A DNA stretch of 64,000 bases from an uncultured delta proteobacterium (GCA_963806225.1 CAWDXG010000001.1:1664001-1728000), one strand, 5' to 3'; counted from the stretch's first letter, positions 18,224 to 32,097 are shown. The notes: generated by a model not told the origin, from the sequence alone. Numbers and translations are program-made.

Positions 18224-20347
18224 ATGAAGCGGGCCGTCCTGTTCGTGGTGGTGCTGCTGCTGGGCTGCAGCGGCTCGACGGCGCCGAGCCCGTTCGTTCG
18301 CGATGCGGGCGCATCCGACGCGGCCGACGCCGGACCGATCGGCGACGACTCGGGCGCGGATGCGTCGACCCTGGGTGGCCCGTGCCTGGACGACTCGCAG
18401 TGCGACGACGGGGTCGACTGCACGGTCGATCGTTGCGAAAAGACCCTGGGGCGCTGCCGCTCGACCCCCGACCCGTCCCTTTGCGACAACGGCGTGTACT
18501 GCGACGGCGTCGAGGTGTGCGATCCCAAGCTCGGCTGTATCGCCGGCGTGCCGGTAGCCTGCTCCGACGACAACACCTGTACGGTCGACCGCTGCGTCGA
18601 GTCCACCCAGAGCTGCGATCACACTCCACGCGACGCCGACGGGGACGGCGATCCGCCCTGGAACTGCCCCGGCGGCGGAGACTGCAACGACAACGATCCG
18701 CTGGTCAGCAGCAAGAGTCCGGAAGTCTGCGGCAACGGCATCGACGACAACTGCAACGGCCAGGTGGACGAGAAGCCCTGCAGCACGCCCGAGCACGACA
18801 CCTGCGTCGATCCGCTCTTGATCAAGGCCTCCGGCAACTACTCGATGTCGCTGGTTGCCGCGGCGAGTGACTACTCTGCGAGTTGCGCCGGCGCGGGGAC
18901 GACGTGGCGGGACGTTGTCGCGGCGATCGTCGTGCCGTCGGGGCCCGCCGTGGACGTGGACATCACTGCCACGACTCCCTCGGGGAACCTCGCGCTGGCA
19001 TCGGCAGCGCAGTGCGGTGATCCTTCGGGCGAGATTGGCTGCGCTGCCAGCGTGACGGCCCCGGCGGGCGGCAGCATTGCGCGACTCAGGCTCCGTGCGC
19101 TTTCCAGCGGGAACTACCCGCTCTACGTCTTCGGCGACGGCCAGAACGACGTGCAGCTCGCCGTCGAGTTCATGTCGCCCGAGCCCAAGCCGACCAACGA
19201 GACCTGCGGCACGGCAGCCACGCTCACGCCCGGCGTGCACGAGCAGGTGCCGATCATCGACGCGGCCAAGGACGTGCCGAGCGATTGCGGCGGGGCGCTG
19301 GGCGAGCTGGTCTACAAGTTCACGCTGCCCGGCCCCCGGGACGTGCACCTGTACGCGAGCTCGCTCGACGGCTACGGCTCGCCGTCGTTGTCGCTGCGCG
19401 ACGCGGCTTGCTCGGGCAAGACGGACGAGCTGACGTGTCGCGACGGCCCGGTGGTGGACCTGTACGAGCGGGGGCTGCCGGCGGGCGACTACTACGTGGC
19501 GGTGAGCGCGGACGCGCCCAGCGTGCTCGATCTGCTGCTCCAGCTGTCGCCGGCCACCTCGCCGCCGCCGGACGAGAGCTGTTCGGGCTCGCCGGCCCTC
19601 GCCCCGGGAACCACGATCGACGTGCCGCTCCTGGGGCATACGGACGACATCCAGCTCGGCTGCGTCAAAGGAGCGCCCGACGCCGCCTACACGCTCGATC
19701 TCGCCCAGAAGTCCGACGTGCTGCTCGTCGAGCGCATCTCGAACGGCGACACGGGTGGCGTGGGGCTGGACAAGGCGCCGTGCGGCGAGGGCGACGTGCT
19801 CTCGTGCGGGACCTCCGGTTCCAGCCCGAATCGAGCGGCGGCCTACGGCGTTGTCCCCGGCAGCTACCGCGCGGTGGTCGAGGCCGTCGGTTCCACGCCG
19901 ACCCAGCTCACGGCCTTCACGCGGCCAGCGACGCCCCCGGTGTTCGTGGCGTTCTCGGACACCTGTGCCGACGCCGTGGAGATCCCGCCTGCGGGCGGGC
20001 GCTTCCAGGGAACGACGGCCAACGCCAGCGCGGACTACGACGTAGGCTGCGACCTGGGGGCCCAGCCTCCCGGCGGCGCGCCCGATCAGATGCTGCACCT
20101 GTCGCTTTCGAAGAAGCAGCGCGTCGTGTTCGACATGAAGGGCAGCAGCTACAACACGCTGCTCGACGTGCGGCGCGGTCCGTCGTGTCCAGGTCAGGAG
20201 GTCGCCCTGGCGTGCGCGGCGGGCTACGTCGCCGACCGCAGCTACCTCGATCTGACGCTCGACGCCGGCGACTACTACGTCCAGATCGACGGCTACGCTG
20301 GCGCTTCAGGTTCCTGGTCGCTGGACGTGTACACGGCCGACCCCTGA
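18224..20347 (+). CDS. Cys-rich lipoprotein with CTDC-like repeats, a putative metal-binding motif and four PPC-like modules
   Basis: Lipobox LLGC; CDDGVDCTVDRC, DCNDNDP..EVCGNGIDDNCNGQVDE; modules begin HDTC, NETC, DESC, SDTC. Confidence 0.75.
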   Translation: MKRAVLFVVVLLLGCSGSTAPSPFVRDAGASDAADAGPIGDDSGADASTLGGPCLDDSQCDDGVDCTVDRCEKTLGRCRSTPDPSLCDNGVYCDGVEVCDPKLGCIAGVPVACSDDNTCTVDRCVESTQSCDHTPRDADGDGDPPWNCPGGGDCNDNDPLVSSKSPEVCGNGIDDNCNGQVDEKPCSTPEHDTCVDPLLIKASGNYSMSLVAAASDYSASCAGAGTTWRDVVAAIVVPSGPAVDVDITATTPSGNLALASAAQCGDPSGEIGCAASVTAPAGGSIARLRLRALSSGNYPLYVFGDGQNDVQLAVEFMSPEPKPTNETCGTAATLTPGVHEQVPIIDAAKDVPSDCGGALGELVYKFTLPGPRDVHLYASSLDGYGSPSLSLRDAACSGKTDELTCRDGPVVDLYERGLPAGDYYVAVSADAPSVLDLLLQLSPATSPPPDESCSGSPALAPGTTIDVPLLGHTDDIQLGCVKGAPDAAYTLDLAQKSDVLLVERISNGDTGGVGLDKAPCGEGDVLSCGTSGSSPNRAAAYGVVPGSYRAVVEAVGSTPTQLTAFTRPATPPVFVAFSDTCADAVEIPPAGGRFQGTTANASADYDVGCDLGAQPPGGAPDQMLHLSLSKKQRVVFDMKGSSYNTLLDVRRGPSCPGQEVALACAAGYVADRSYLDLTLDAGDYYVQIDGYAGASGSWSLDVYTADP

Positions 20348-20441
20348 CGCATCTACTCGATATTGCTGCGCCTTGTCCGACGTGCACGGATGGCCGTGCG
20401 GAGTGGCGCCGGGGGCTGCTATCCTCACGGCCGTGCGGACG

Positions 20442-21149
20442 ATGGGGGCCAGGGGTCTTGTGTTTCGAGTGTCGGTCTGTGCCGCACTGCTGGGCGCGAC
20501 CGCGTCGGCGCACGCGGACCTGGGCAGTGCGCGGCTGATCGAATCGGCGCGGCGTCCGACAGCGGCGCGCGGGGCGTTGCTCCACTCACAGCGGCACGCC
20601 CGTCGCGATGGGCTGACGCGGTCGGAACGGCGCAGGCTGCTGATGGGCGACACGGTCGCACACCCGGTGGCGTTCGAGCGTCGCGCCGCGCACTACGTGG
20701 GCGGCGTGTCGTATCAGCTGGTGCGCGCATCGCCGCGCGCCGTGCTTTCCGCGCTCGAGGATCCGAGGCAACTGCCGTTCATGCTGCCGCACACCCGGAG
20801 TGCGCGCCGACTGGGTCGCACCGGGCGCGACGTGCGTATCGAGCTCACGCAGGGCAACGGCCTGGTCAGCGCCACCTACACGGTGCGGGCGCGCCGGGTC
20901 GAGGGACGGCGCGAGCTCAGGTTCTGGTTGGATCGGAGCCGCCCGCACGGCATCGAGGACGTGTGGGGCTATTTCCGCGTGCAGGCGTTCGACGGCGCGC
21001 GCAGCCTGGTCACGGTGGCGGTGGCGCTGGACCTGGGGCCGGGGCTGGCGCGGATCCTGTTCGAAGGGCGCATCCAGAATGCGATCCTGGGCACGCCCGC
21101 GCGTATCCGCGACTTCATCGAGCCCCGGGCATTGGCTTTTTCCGGCTGA
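20442..21149 (+). CDS. Exported START/SRPBCC-like domain protein
   Basis: Signal peptide ending AHA; VRASPRAVLSALED..LPFMLP and FWLDRSRPHGIEDVWGYFRV pattern. Confidence 0.5.
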   Translation: MGARGLVFRVSVCAALLGATASAHADLGSARLIESARRPTAARGALLHSQRHARRDGLTRSERRRLLMGDTVAHPVAFERRAAHYVGGVSYQLVRASPRAVLSALEDPRQLPFMLPHTRSARRLGRTGRDVRIELTQGNGLVSATYTVRARRVEGRRELRFWLDRSRPHGIEDVWGYFRVQAFDGARSLVTVAVALDLGPGLARILFEGRIQNAILGTPARIRDFIEPRALAFSG

Positions 21150-21195
21150 TCCGCCGGGGTCGTAACAGGGGCCCGGTTGTTGTAAGGAAAGGGCC

Positions 21196-22128
21196 ATGTT
21201 GCCGCGCATCGGCGCGATCACGCTCAATACCTACCGTGAGGCGGTCCGCGCGCGCGTCCTGCACGGGCTCTTCGCTCTCGCGCTGGGAACGCTCGGCTAC
21301 GCGCTCGTCGTCGGCGCGTTCGCGGTCCGCAACACCATGCGGGCGGTCAGCGACATCGGTTCGGGGTCGATCTCGATCTACGGCATCATCGTGGCCGTCG
21401 TGCTGGGTGCGACGTCGCTCTACCGCGAGCTCGAGCTGAAGACGGTCTTCCCGATCCTGGCGCGGCCGATCGGTCGTGGGGAGTATCTGACCGGCAAGTA
21501 CGTGGGCACCCTGGTCACGCTGGCGGTGTTCATCGCCGCCAACTCGGCTGCGCTTCTCCTGGCGCTGGGCGTGCTGTCGGGTCGTTCACTCGCGATGACG
21601 CTCGGCGTGGGGCTGGGCAGCATCGGGCTGGTGGTGCTCGTCGGCTGGCGCGCACCTCGCTGGCGAAGCTATCTGCCGATCCCCTGGGCGGTCGCGCTGT
21701 CGCTCGTGGCGTGGTGGCTGGCGCAGGGCGCGCCGGACGATCGGCGCGTTGTGCTCGGCTCGGCGCTGCTCACGCTGTGCGAGGTGGGTATCGTCGCGGC
21801 GATCGCCACGCTCTTCTCGTCGTTCTCGTCGCCGTTCCTCACGGCCGTGTTGACCTTCAGCGTGTTTCTCGTCGGGCGTTCGGCCGACACGTTGGCGCAT
21901 CTGCCACCGCGTGTCTTCGGACACGCCATCCAGCACATGGGGGTGGTGCTCGCCAAGGTGGTGCCGAACCTGATGCTGTACGTGCCGCCGCGGCCGCTGC
22001 TCACCGGCGCCGCATCGGGCCCGTCGCTCGGTCACTATGTGGCGCTCGCCGCTGGGCAGGCGCTGGCCTGGAGCGTGGGGCTCCTGGCGGTAGCCAGCCT
22101 GATCTTCCGGCGTCGCGACTTCCTATGA
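21196..22128 (+). CDS. ABC transporter permease (ABC-2 / PilI-like)
   Basis: ITLNTYREAVRAR, RELELKTVFPILARPIGRGEYLTGKY, terminal FRRRDF; multiple TM helices. Confidence 0.8.
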   Translation: MLPRIGAITLNTYREAVRARVLHGLFALALGTLGYALVVGAFAVRNTMRAVSDIGSGSISIYGIIVAVVLGATSLYRELELKTVFPILARPIGRGEYLTGKYVGTLVTLAVFIAANSAALLLALGVLSGRSLAMTLGVGLGSIGLVVLVGWRAPRWRSYLPIPWAVALSLVAWWLAQGAPDDRRVVLGSALLTLCEVGIVAAIATLFSSFSSPFLTAVLTFSVFLVGRSADTLAHLPPRVFGHAIQHMGVVLAKVVPNLMLYVPPRPLLTGAASGPSLGHYVALAAGQALAWSVGLLAVASLIFRRRDFL

Positions 22129-22775
22129 CCGTGGGGCGGTGGCTCAGAGGCATCGCGCTGGGGATGATGCTGTTCGTTCTGGCCGTGGCGGTGCTGACTG
22201 CGCGTGCCGTGATCGACGGCAATCGCGAGATGCAGATGAGCGATGTGGCGTTTGATCGCGGCGACCTCAGGGTGGCCATCGATCATGCGCGGCGCGCGGC
22301 CGTGCTGTACGCGCCGGGTGCGCCGCACGTCGCCCAGGCCTACGCGCGGCTGGATGCCATCGCGCTGGGCGCCGAGGCGGCGGGGCAGCAGGAAACCGCG
22401 CGCATGGCTTGGCGCGCGGTGCGCGGAGCCGCTCTCGAGACGCGGCACGTCTGGATCCCGGAGCGCGCCGAGCTCGGACGCGCGAACCAGAACCTGGCAC
22501 GTCTGGAGGCCGTGTCCTCGGGCGCATCGAGCGCGCGCGCCGCTCGGCTGGCGAGGAAGCGCGCGCTGGCCGAGCTAGAGCGGGACAGCGCGCCGGCCGC
22601 GGTCTGGGTGATGTTGCTGTCGCTGGGCTTCCTGTTGTCGCTCGGCGGACTTTGGCTGGTGGCGTTGCGCGGCGTGACGCGCGATGGGAGGTTGGTGCTG
22701 ACCCAGGCGCGGCTGGGGCTGATCCTGACCCTCGTCGGTGCAGCTTGTTGGACCTTGGCGGTGTGGAGGGCGTAG
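22125..22775 (+). CDS. Hypothetical membrane protein
   Basis: MTVGRWLRG start with ATGA overlap; one N-terminal and two C-terminal TM segments. Confidence 0.65.
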   Translation: MTVGRWLRGIALGMMLFVLAVAVLTARAVIDGNREMQMSDVAFDRGDLRVAIDHARRAAVLYAPGAPHVAQAYARLDAIALGAEAAGQQETARMAWRAVRGAALETRHVWIPERAELGRANQNLARLEAVSSGASSARAARLARKRALAELERDSAPAAVWVMLLSLGFLLSLGGLWLVALRGVTRDGRLVLTQARLGLILTLVGAACWTLAVWRA

Positions 22776-22784
22776 AACGGATCC

Positions 22785-23741
22785 GTGGGCGGTACGACTT
22801 CCGAAGAGGACGGTCTGGACCGAAGCATCGAGCGCTTCGCGGACTATCTCGCAAGCGAGAAGCGGGCGTCGCCGAACACCGTCCTGGCATACCGCCGCGA
22901 CCTCGCGCAGCTCGCGGAGTTCCTGCGCGGGCGGCTGTCGCGATCCGTCGAGCTCGCGGACGTGAACAAGCTGCTCCTGAGGGCGTGGCTCGGCGAGCTT
23001 TCGCGGACCCGCTCGGCGAGCAGCATCGCTCGCAAGCTTGCGGCGGTGCGGGCGTTCTACGCCGATCTCGAACGCCGCGGCGCGGTGCGCGAAAATCCCG
23101 CCTCGCTGCTCGCCAGTCCGAAAGTACGTCGCAAGCTGCCCACCTTCCTGGGCGTGGACGCCGCAGCGCAGGTCATGAGCGCTCCGGCGGAGCAGCCGGA
23201 CCGGCGCGAGCCCGAGCAGCTGCGCGATATCGTGATCCTGGAGCTGCTCTACGGCTCGGGATTGCGCGTGAGCGAGCTCGCCGGTCTCGACCTGGAATCG
23301 GTCGACGCGGCCCAGGCGGAGCTCCGGGTCCTCGGCAAGGGCAACAAGGAGCGCATCGTCCCGCTCGGCGGCAAGGCGCTCGAGGCGCTGGCCGCCTACC
23401 TGCCGCGCCGCGCCGAGCTCCGCCATCCGAAGACGGGTGCCCAGGATCCCGCGGCGCTGCTGCTCGGACGCCGCGGCCGGCGCCTCGGCGTGCGCTGGGT
23501 CCAGCAGCTGGTGCGTCGCTACGGCGCCCTGGGCTCGGGCCGACCCGATCTGCATCCGCATGCGCTCCGCCATTCCTGCGCCACGCACATGCTCGAAGGC
23601 GGGGCGGATCTGCGCGCCATCCAGGAGATGCTCGGTCACAGCAGTCTGTCGACCACCCAGCGCTACACGCATCTGTCGCTCGATCAGCTGGTGCGCGTCT
23701 ACGATCAGGCGCACCCGCTCGCGCGCGGCGGCAGACGCTAG
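22785..23741 (+). CDS. xerC: Tyrosine recombinase XerC
   Basis: SPNTVLAYRRDL, LLYGSGLRVSEL, GKGNKERIVP, HPHALRHSCATHML, LGHSSLSTTQRYTH. Confidence 0.9.
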   Translation: MGGTTSEEDGLDRSIERFADYLASEKRASPNTVLAYRRDLAQLAEFLRGRLSRSVELADVNKLLLRAWLGELSRTRSASSIARKLAAVRAFYADLERRGAVRENPASLLASPKVRRKLPTFLGVDAAAQVMSAPAEQPDRREPEQLRDIVILELLYGSGLRVSELAGLDLESVDAAQAELRVLGKGNKERIVPLGGKALEALAAYLPRRAELRHPKTGAQDPAALLLGRRGRRLGVRWVQQLVRRYGALGSGRPDLHPHALRHSCATHMLEGGADLRAIQEMLGHSSLSTTQRYTHLSLDQLVRVYDQAHPLARGGRR

Positions 23742-23821
23742 GCCGTTTTCTTCCCGCCGGCCCGCCCCTGCGATCCGGGTTGCCGAGCTGCCTGCGCTCG
23801 GATAGCTTACCGTTCGACACG

Positions 23822-24343
23822 ATGCGTTATTTCGTCACCCTGGACGGTCAGGAGCACATCATCGACGTTGCGGAGCTGCCGGGCGGCGGCTATCGGGTCG
23901 GCGTCATCGGAGATGCGGAAGGCGCGCCGGTCGAGGCCCTCGACGCCGATGTGGTCGCGCGCGACAGTCTGCTCAGTGTCCGCCTGGGTGGGCGCGTGCT
24001 CGATCTCGTGGTCGACGGCGAGTTGCCGGAGCTCGATGTGTACGCCAGCGGGCACCGCGCCACGGTGCAGGTAGAGAGCGCGCGCATGCGCGCCACGGCG
24101 TCCGTCCGCGGGAAGAAGGCTGGGGCCGGCGAAGGCGTCGTGGTCTCGCCCATGCCCGGCAAGGTGGTCAAGCTGCTGGTTCACGAAGGCGACGAGGTCA
24201 GCGAGGGGACGCCGCTGGTGGTGGTCGAAGCGATGAAGATGGAGAACGAACTGGTCTCCGAGCGCGCCGGCGTCGTGCAGAAAGTGTTCGTCGAGACGGG
24301 TGATGCCGTCGAGGGCGGCGCCCGTTTGATCGCGGTCGGGTGA
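23822..24343 (+). CDS. Biotin/lipoyl-binding (biotin carboxyl carrier) protein
   Basis: Starts MRYFVTLDG; SPMPGKVV and EAMKMENE biotinylation motif. Confidence 0.9.
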   Translation: MRYFVTLDGQEHIIDVAELPGGGYRVGVIGDAEGAPVEALDADVVARDSLLSVRLGGRVLDLVVDGELPELDVYASGHRATVQVESARMRATASVRGKKAGAGEGVVVSPMPGKVVKLLVHEGDEVSEGTPLVVVEAMKMENELVSERAGVVQKVFVETGDAVEGGARLIAVG

Positions 24344-25323
24344 TGCCCCGGCGCCTGCCGCTCGCTCACCTGCCGACGCCGCTCTGGCAAAGCGACGCGC
24401 TCGACCGGCTGGTGGGCGCCGAGCTGTGGGTCAAGCGCGACGACATGAGTGCCGGGGCCGAGGCCGGCAACAAGATCCGCAAGCTCGAGTTCCTGCTGGC
24501 CGACGCGCTGTCCCGCGGAGCCAGGACGGTGCTGACCTGCGGCGGGGTGCAGTCGAACCACGCGCGCGCCACTGCGCTCTCAACGGTCGGGCTCGGGATG
24601 CGCCCGCTCTTGTTCCTGCGCACGCCGGACCCCTCGGCGGCGCCCCCGCCCGTCGGCAACCTGATGCTGGATCGGCTGGCGGGCGCGGAAATCCGCTTCA
24701 TTACTCCAGAGCAGTACAGGGAACGCGATGCGCTGATGGCAGACGCAGCGGCCAAGCTCGAGCGCGACGGACAGCAGCCGTACGTGATCCCCGAAGGCGG
24801 CTCGAACGGCATTGGAGCACACGGCTACCTGGAGGCCATGCGCGAGATCCGCGGCCAGCTCGATCTCGGCCTGGGCGGCGGGCCGTCGGGCTTCGACGCG
24901 GTCGTCCACGCATGCGGCTCCGGCGGCACCGCCGCCGGCATCGTGCTCGGGGCGCAGCGCTTCGACGTTGCCCCCGTCGTGCACGCCATCGCTGTGTGCG
25001 ACGATCGCCCCTACTTCGAGTCCGTCATCGGGCGGATCGTGCTGGAGGCCGTCGGGCGCGGCGCGGACGGCGACGCCCTCGCCGAGCTGGTCGTGCACGA
25101 CGCGTTCAAGGGCCCGGCCTACGCTGTCGCCAGCGACGAGCAGCGCGCCTTCATCGTCGAGGTTGCCCGTCGGACCGGCCTGGTGCTCGACCCAGTGTAT
25201 TCCGGCAAGGCGCTGTTCGGTCTGTCGCGGATGCAGGACAAGCCGCGGCGGGTCCTGTTCATCCACACGGGCGGGCTGCCCGGTCTGCTTGCGCAGTCCG
25301 ACCTGCCGTGGTTCGAGGAGTAG
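24340..25323 (+). CDS. PLP-dependent D-cysteine desulfhydrase / ACC deaminase family protein
   Basis: KRDD..GNKIRKLEF, QSNH, IPEGGS, GSGGT, LDPVYSGKA, FIHTGG. Confidence 0.9.
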   Translation: MMPRRLPLAHLPTPLWQSDALDRLVGAELWVKRDDMSAGAEAGNKIRKLEFLLADALSRGARTVLTCGGVQSNHARATALSTVGLGMRPLLFLRTPDPSAAPPPVGNLMLDRLAGAEIRFITPEQYRERDALMADAAAKLERDGQQPYVIPEGGSNGIGAHGYLEAMREIRGQLDLGLGGGPSGFDAVVHACGSGGTAAGIVLGAQRFDVAPVVHAIAVCDDRPYFESVIGRIVLEAVGRGADGDALAELVVHDAFKGPAYAVASDEQRAFIVEVARRTGLVLDPVYSGKALFGLSRMQDKPRRVLFIHTGGLPGLLAQSDLPWFEE

Positions 25324-25329
25324 GGCGAC

Positions 25330-25950
25330 CTAGCTCTGGAGCTTCGCTGTGACCTCGCGGACCCAGGCGTCGTGCTCGCCGTTGGCGGACCAGGACGCCA
25401 CGATCTCGACGATGCTGAGCAGGCGGGCCGCGTTGTCGCGCCCGACCTGTTGACGCTTGGCGTGGATCATCGCCAGCAGGCGATCCACGGACATGCGGAT
25501 CATCTGGGCCAGCGCGGCGGGGTCCTCTGCAACCTGCGCATTGACGACGAGCGATTCGAGCACCTCGATCGAGCTGAACTGTGGCTCGGTGCTGATTTCC
25601 GACTGCGGGCGCGGCGCGGTCTGCTCGATGATCTCGATACCGGGCGCGACCGGCGAGAAGTCCGCCGACTCGCTGGCAGCGACCTTCAGCATCGTGTCGC
25701 CGAGCGCGATCACGTCGCCGGAGCGCAGCGGGGAGGTGTGGGCCAGCCGCTCGCCATTGACGAACGTGCCATTGCTGCTGCGCAGATCGGTGATCGACAG
25801 CGCACCGTTTTCGATGGACAGCCGCGCGTGCGCTCGAGACACCGACGGATCGTCCAGCGAGAACGCGCAATCCTCGCCGCGGCCCACCACTGTCACGCCT
25901 TCATGCAAACGGTAGCGACTACCCTGGTATTCGACCCAGTACCTGCGCAC
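25330..25950 (-). CDS. FHA-domain protein
   Basis: VGR..DPSVSRAHA..DLRSSNGTFVNG. Confidence 0.88.
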   Translation of the reverse strand: MRRYWVEYQGSRYRLHEGVTVVGRGEDCAFSLDDPSVSRAHARLSIENGALSITDLRSSNGTFVNGERLAHTSPLRSGDVIALGDTMLKVAASESADFSPVAPGIEIIEQTAPRPQSEISTEPQFSSIEVLESLVVNAQVAEDPAALAQMIRMSVDRLLAMIHAKRQQVGRDNAARLLSIVEIVASWSANGEHDAWVREVTAKLQS

Positions 25951-26008
25951 GACAGAAAAGGGTACCGGCCTTTTCCCGTGAGAACAAGCCGCCACTCGCC
26001 GGGGCGGA

Positions 26009-28345
<2,337 letters not shown>

Positions 28346-28403
28346 GGGTGCGCGAGCGTAGTCGAGTGCGGGTCGCCCCGCTACCCGGCGACGTCCCGAA
28401 CAC

Positions 28404-31400
28404 CTATGGCATCTGCACGAACGGGCAGCCGCCCTTGCCGATCGGTCGGCCGAGGCACTCGTGGCTGGACGGGTGGGAGAGGTAGTACACGTCCGCTCCG
28501 CCGCTACGGAAGAAGTGCCCGATCAGGTTGATCATGTACGCCCCGGACTGCCAGTTCTGGCACGGATCGTTGTTGTTGAAGCCGTGAACGCCACGCGGCT
28601 CGATGTAGGCCATGAGCTGTGCCTCGACGCGCTTGTCGGCGGTCCACGCGCCCTTGTCCGGGCTGTACGGCTCGCCCTCGAGTCGCGGCGCCCAGACTGC
28701 GGCCACGTCGGCGGCCGTGGCGACCGGCCGGGCGATGCGCGCCAGCCTGAGCGGCTCCTGCGCCTGCTCCTCGCCGTAGAGCGATGCGCCCTCGTCGATC
28801 ACGTCAACGTCGTAGAGCGCCTGCGCGCAGTCGTCTTCGCTGACAGCATCGGCAACGCAGCGGCCGCTTTCGCAGTGCTGGTGCGAGAGGCACGCCGAGG
28901 TGTCGGTCGCGGTGCAGTTCGGATGGCAGGTGATGTCGTCCTTGGTCAGCGGCACCATGTTCTGCTGGCAGGAAGCGAGATCCTTCGGAGGATGGCGCCT
29001 CAGGCGCGCCATGCCCTCCATCACTCCCTGGTCGACGAGCACGCGGTTGGGCGTCTTGCCGCCGAGCTTGTCGTACAGCGCCTGCGGCGTCGCATAGTCG
29101 GCGTACTCGGGGTACTTCTCGGCGGCGCCGGGTACCATGAACGGCACGGCCCCCGCCGCGCGCCCGAGCGCAATGCCCGAGTTGAGCGGCACGTTCATGT
29201 CGCCGACCGTGACGATGTTCATCACACCGGTGGGCGGCTGCACCTTGCCGAACGGGTCGAGCATCGGCTTGAGCGCGTAGTACGGTGCATAGTTGATGGG
29301 GTCGCCCGGGTCGACGATGTTCGACGCCAGGGCCATGAACCGCCTCAGGGTCGGCGTCTGGCGGATGTAGCCGAAGCCCTCGACCAGCGCCCTGAGCGTC
29401 TTGCCGGCACCGACGTAGGTGTTCTGGAACTTGTGGCAGCCGCCGTCGGTCGTGCACACGGGTTGATCGCTCTGTCCGGTGGGATCGGGCGCGCCGTTCG
29501 CCACTGTGCCGGGGCCCCACTGGTTGATGAGTGCGATGCGCTTGCCCTGGCTAGCATCGACGTTGCAGCCGTGGTCACCGTAGCGGTCGACGATGTCCGG
29601 GTGATCCCAGATCTGCACTTCCAGCTTGTCGCCCACGTTGGTCGGGATGCCGATGCGGAAGATGCCGTCCTTGTCCATGCGCGCGCAGCGCACCTCGCCG
29701 CTGCGCCCGTTGGTGACGAGGACCGTGCCGCCCTGGGGCACGCCGGCGCCGCCGGTGTTCGCGGCCGGGTCGAAACAGCTGAACTCCACCTCGGCCGTGC
29801 TGTTCACGTCGATCATGATGAAGCGCAGCGAGATCTCGTTCTGCTTGCAGGCCGTGCTCGGATGGTTGCCGGAGCTGTCGTAGTACTGGCTGGCGGGCAC
29901 ACCGACCACCAGCGGGCCGAAGTTCCTGAGATAGATGCCCTCGAAGGCTCCGCCCTGGACGGTGCGCGCCCCAACGTCGAGCAGGCCGCCGGAGCCCGAA
30001 GTGGGAGCGGCAGCGATCACCTTGGGATCCAGCGCGGCGACGAGTGGCGCCAGGATGCCGCCGAGCGACTCGCCCCAGGCGTAGAACTGGTTGTCCGGTC
30101 CGCCCACGTCGGGGGTGCCGTCGCCGTCCCAGTCACCGGCGATGGTCTTCGCCTTCGGGTCTTCGGCCGACTGCATCGTGTCCAGTCTCTTGCCGTCGTA
30201 GCTCTCGAAGATGCGGAACATCTGCAGCAGGTCGACGGCGCTCTGGCGCACGACGTCGCGGGTGTGGAACAGGTAGCTCGTCCAGTAGTCGCCGCCGGAG
30301 TCGGCAATGCCGTCGCCGTTCAGGTCGCGGTAGCGCCCCTCCAGAAATGCGCTGGAGAACGGCCCTTCGCAGGCGCCCTTGAACAGGGCCCGCGCGAGCT
30401 GCTTGTCGGTCTCATCGAGATCCAGCCCGTGGAACACGGCGTTCATGCCCACGGTGGCGATGCCCTGCTCCGCCTCCGACCCGGCGAAACCGAGCGCCTC
30501 GACCATGGAGCTTGTATAGCCGTGGCCGTAGTACGCGACGGGGAACGGCTGCTTGTACTGCTTGGTCTCCTTGGGCACGGCGATCAAGAACTGCACCGTG
30601 TCCGAATACTGCTTGCCCTGGCCGGTCGTGTAGTCGAGGTCGAACGACGCCGTCGGGTCCGTGCCCTTGGGCCCGCCCGTGATGAAGAACGGGCTCTTGA
30701 AGTTTCCGATCGCGAAGTGATCGATGGCGTTGAAGGTCTTGAGCAGCCAATCGAGCGAGGGACCGTCGATGCCGAAGCCCTGCGAGGCCAGGCTCTTCAG
30801 CGTGCTGCGGATCGAATCGGCCTTGACGATGCGCCAGTAGTTCACCTTGTCCTTGCACTCGGGCGAGTCCCGCCAGCCCGGCGGATCCTGGGCTCCGGCG
30901 GCCAGCGCTTCGTCGTCGACTTTCCCGACCGCGCGCCGGATGTCGGCGTGGGCGGGGAACTGCTTCGACAGGTGCGCGAACGGTCCCTTGCCGTACAGGC
31001 CATCGCGCAGCAGATGCAGATCCTCCTGCACGGGCTGGGTGGTGAACGTCCAGGCGAACGCCACGTGCTCTAGTCCCGTGCCGGCGATGTCGCCGAAGTA
31101 CGGGTCGTCGGGCTTCGACAGAATCGACTGGAGCTTCTCGATGCCCTTTTCCTGCGCCGGGTAGTAGACGAAGTCGAACGGTGAACGCACCGGGTTTCCG
31201 TCCGGATCGACCACCCGATCGGTGACCACGACGGCGTATTTCGTCTCCTCGTCGAGCGGCACCAGCGGCCGCATGATGAGCGTGTCTGTTTCCCGCTCGT
31301 ACCAGGTGAGCAGGTTGTTGGCGATGCAGCGGTCGCGGTCGAGCTCGTCCGCGTCGCCGAGCGCCACCTGCGCCTGGTTCGGCGCACGCTGTCGGGTCCA

Positions 31401-32097
31401 GCAGGTTGGGGCGATCGATGACGCCGTCGAAGTCGGTGTCCCACTGCGGGCTTGTAGATGGCTCTGCCGTTCCGCGTGCCGTCGACGGTGCGACCCGGAT
31501 CGAACTTGCCGGTCACCGGGTCGACGGTCTCGTCGACGGTGTCCCAGAACAGGTTCTCTTCCGAGCGTCGTGTGTCGTTCTTCCAGTACTTGTTCTTGTC
31601 CTTGACGATGTACTGGAAAGCGCCTTCGCCGATGTCCATCACGGCCGGGACGCCCGTGGTCAGGTTCACTACGTAGACGGCGTCGTTGGCGAAGTCGTAG
31701 TCGTCGCCCTGGTGGCGCTGCTTGATGTTCTGGAGATCGATCGCCGGGACGCGCGTCGTCCTTGTTCGCCTTGTCGAAAGCAACGGTGATCGGGGCGAAG
31801 GTGCCCCAGCCTTCCAGCTGGTCGAACTTCTCCCGCGCATCGGCTTCGATGTGGGTGGGAGCGACCAGGCTCGCGTTTATGCGCAGCCCGGTGCGGCTGG
31901 TGGGGTCAGGCCACATCGCCGCGTCGTTCGGCATCGGGATCTCCGGCAGCGGCTTGTGCTCGAGATCGAAGCGCACGATCGGGCCGTTGCCCGCCGGGGT
32001 GCGCTTCAGGCCGTCGGGAACCTTGTCGGCGGTGCAGCCGACCGATCGCGGCGGCGAAGCCCAGCGCCATCAGGGTCGCGGCAAGTTGCTTCATCAT
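28404..32097 (-). CDS. Large lipoprotein with alpha/beta-hydrolase (lipase-like, Pla-1/Cef type) domain; several frame breaks near 32040, 31750, 31445 and 31395
   Basis: MMKQLAATLMALG leader; PMPND; segment 31750-31445 reads sensibly only in frame 31070..31840; YYGHGY, WGESLGG nucleophile elbow, GDMNVP, VHGF. Confidence 0.7.

Noticed and set aside
22785..23741. Tyrosine recombinase as a mobile-element integrase
   Set aside because: Length and motifs match housekeeping XerC, embedded in a host operon without att sites or cargo
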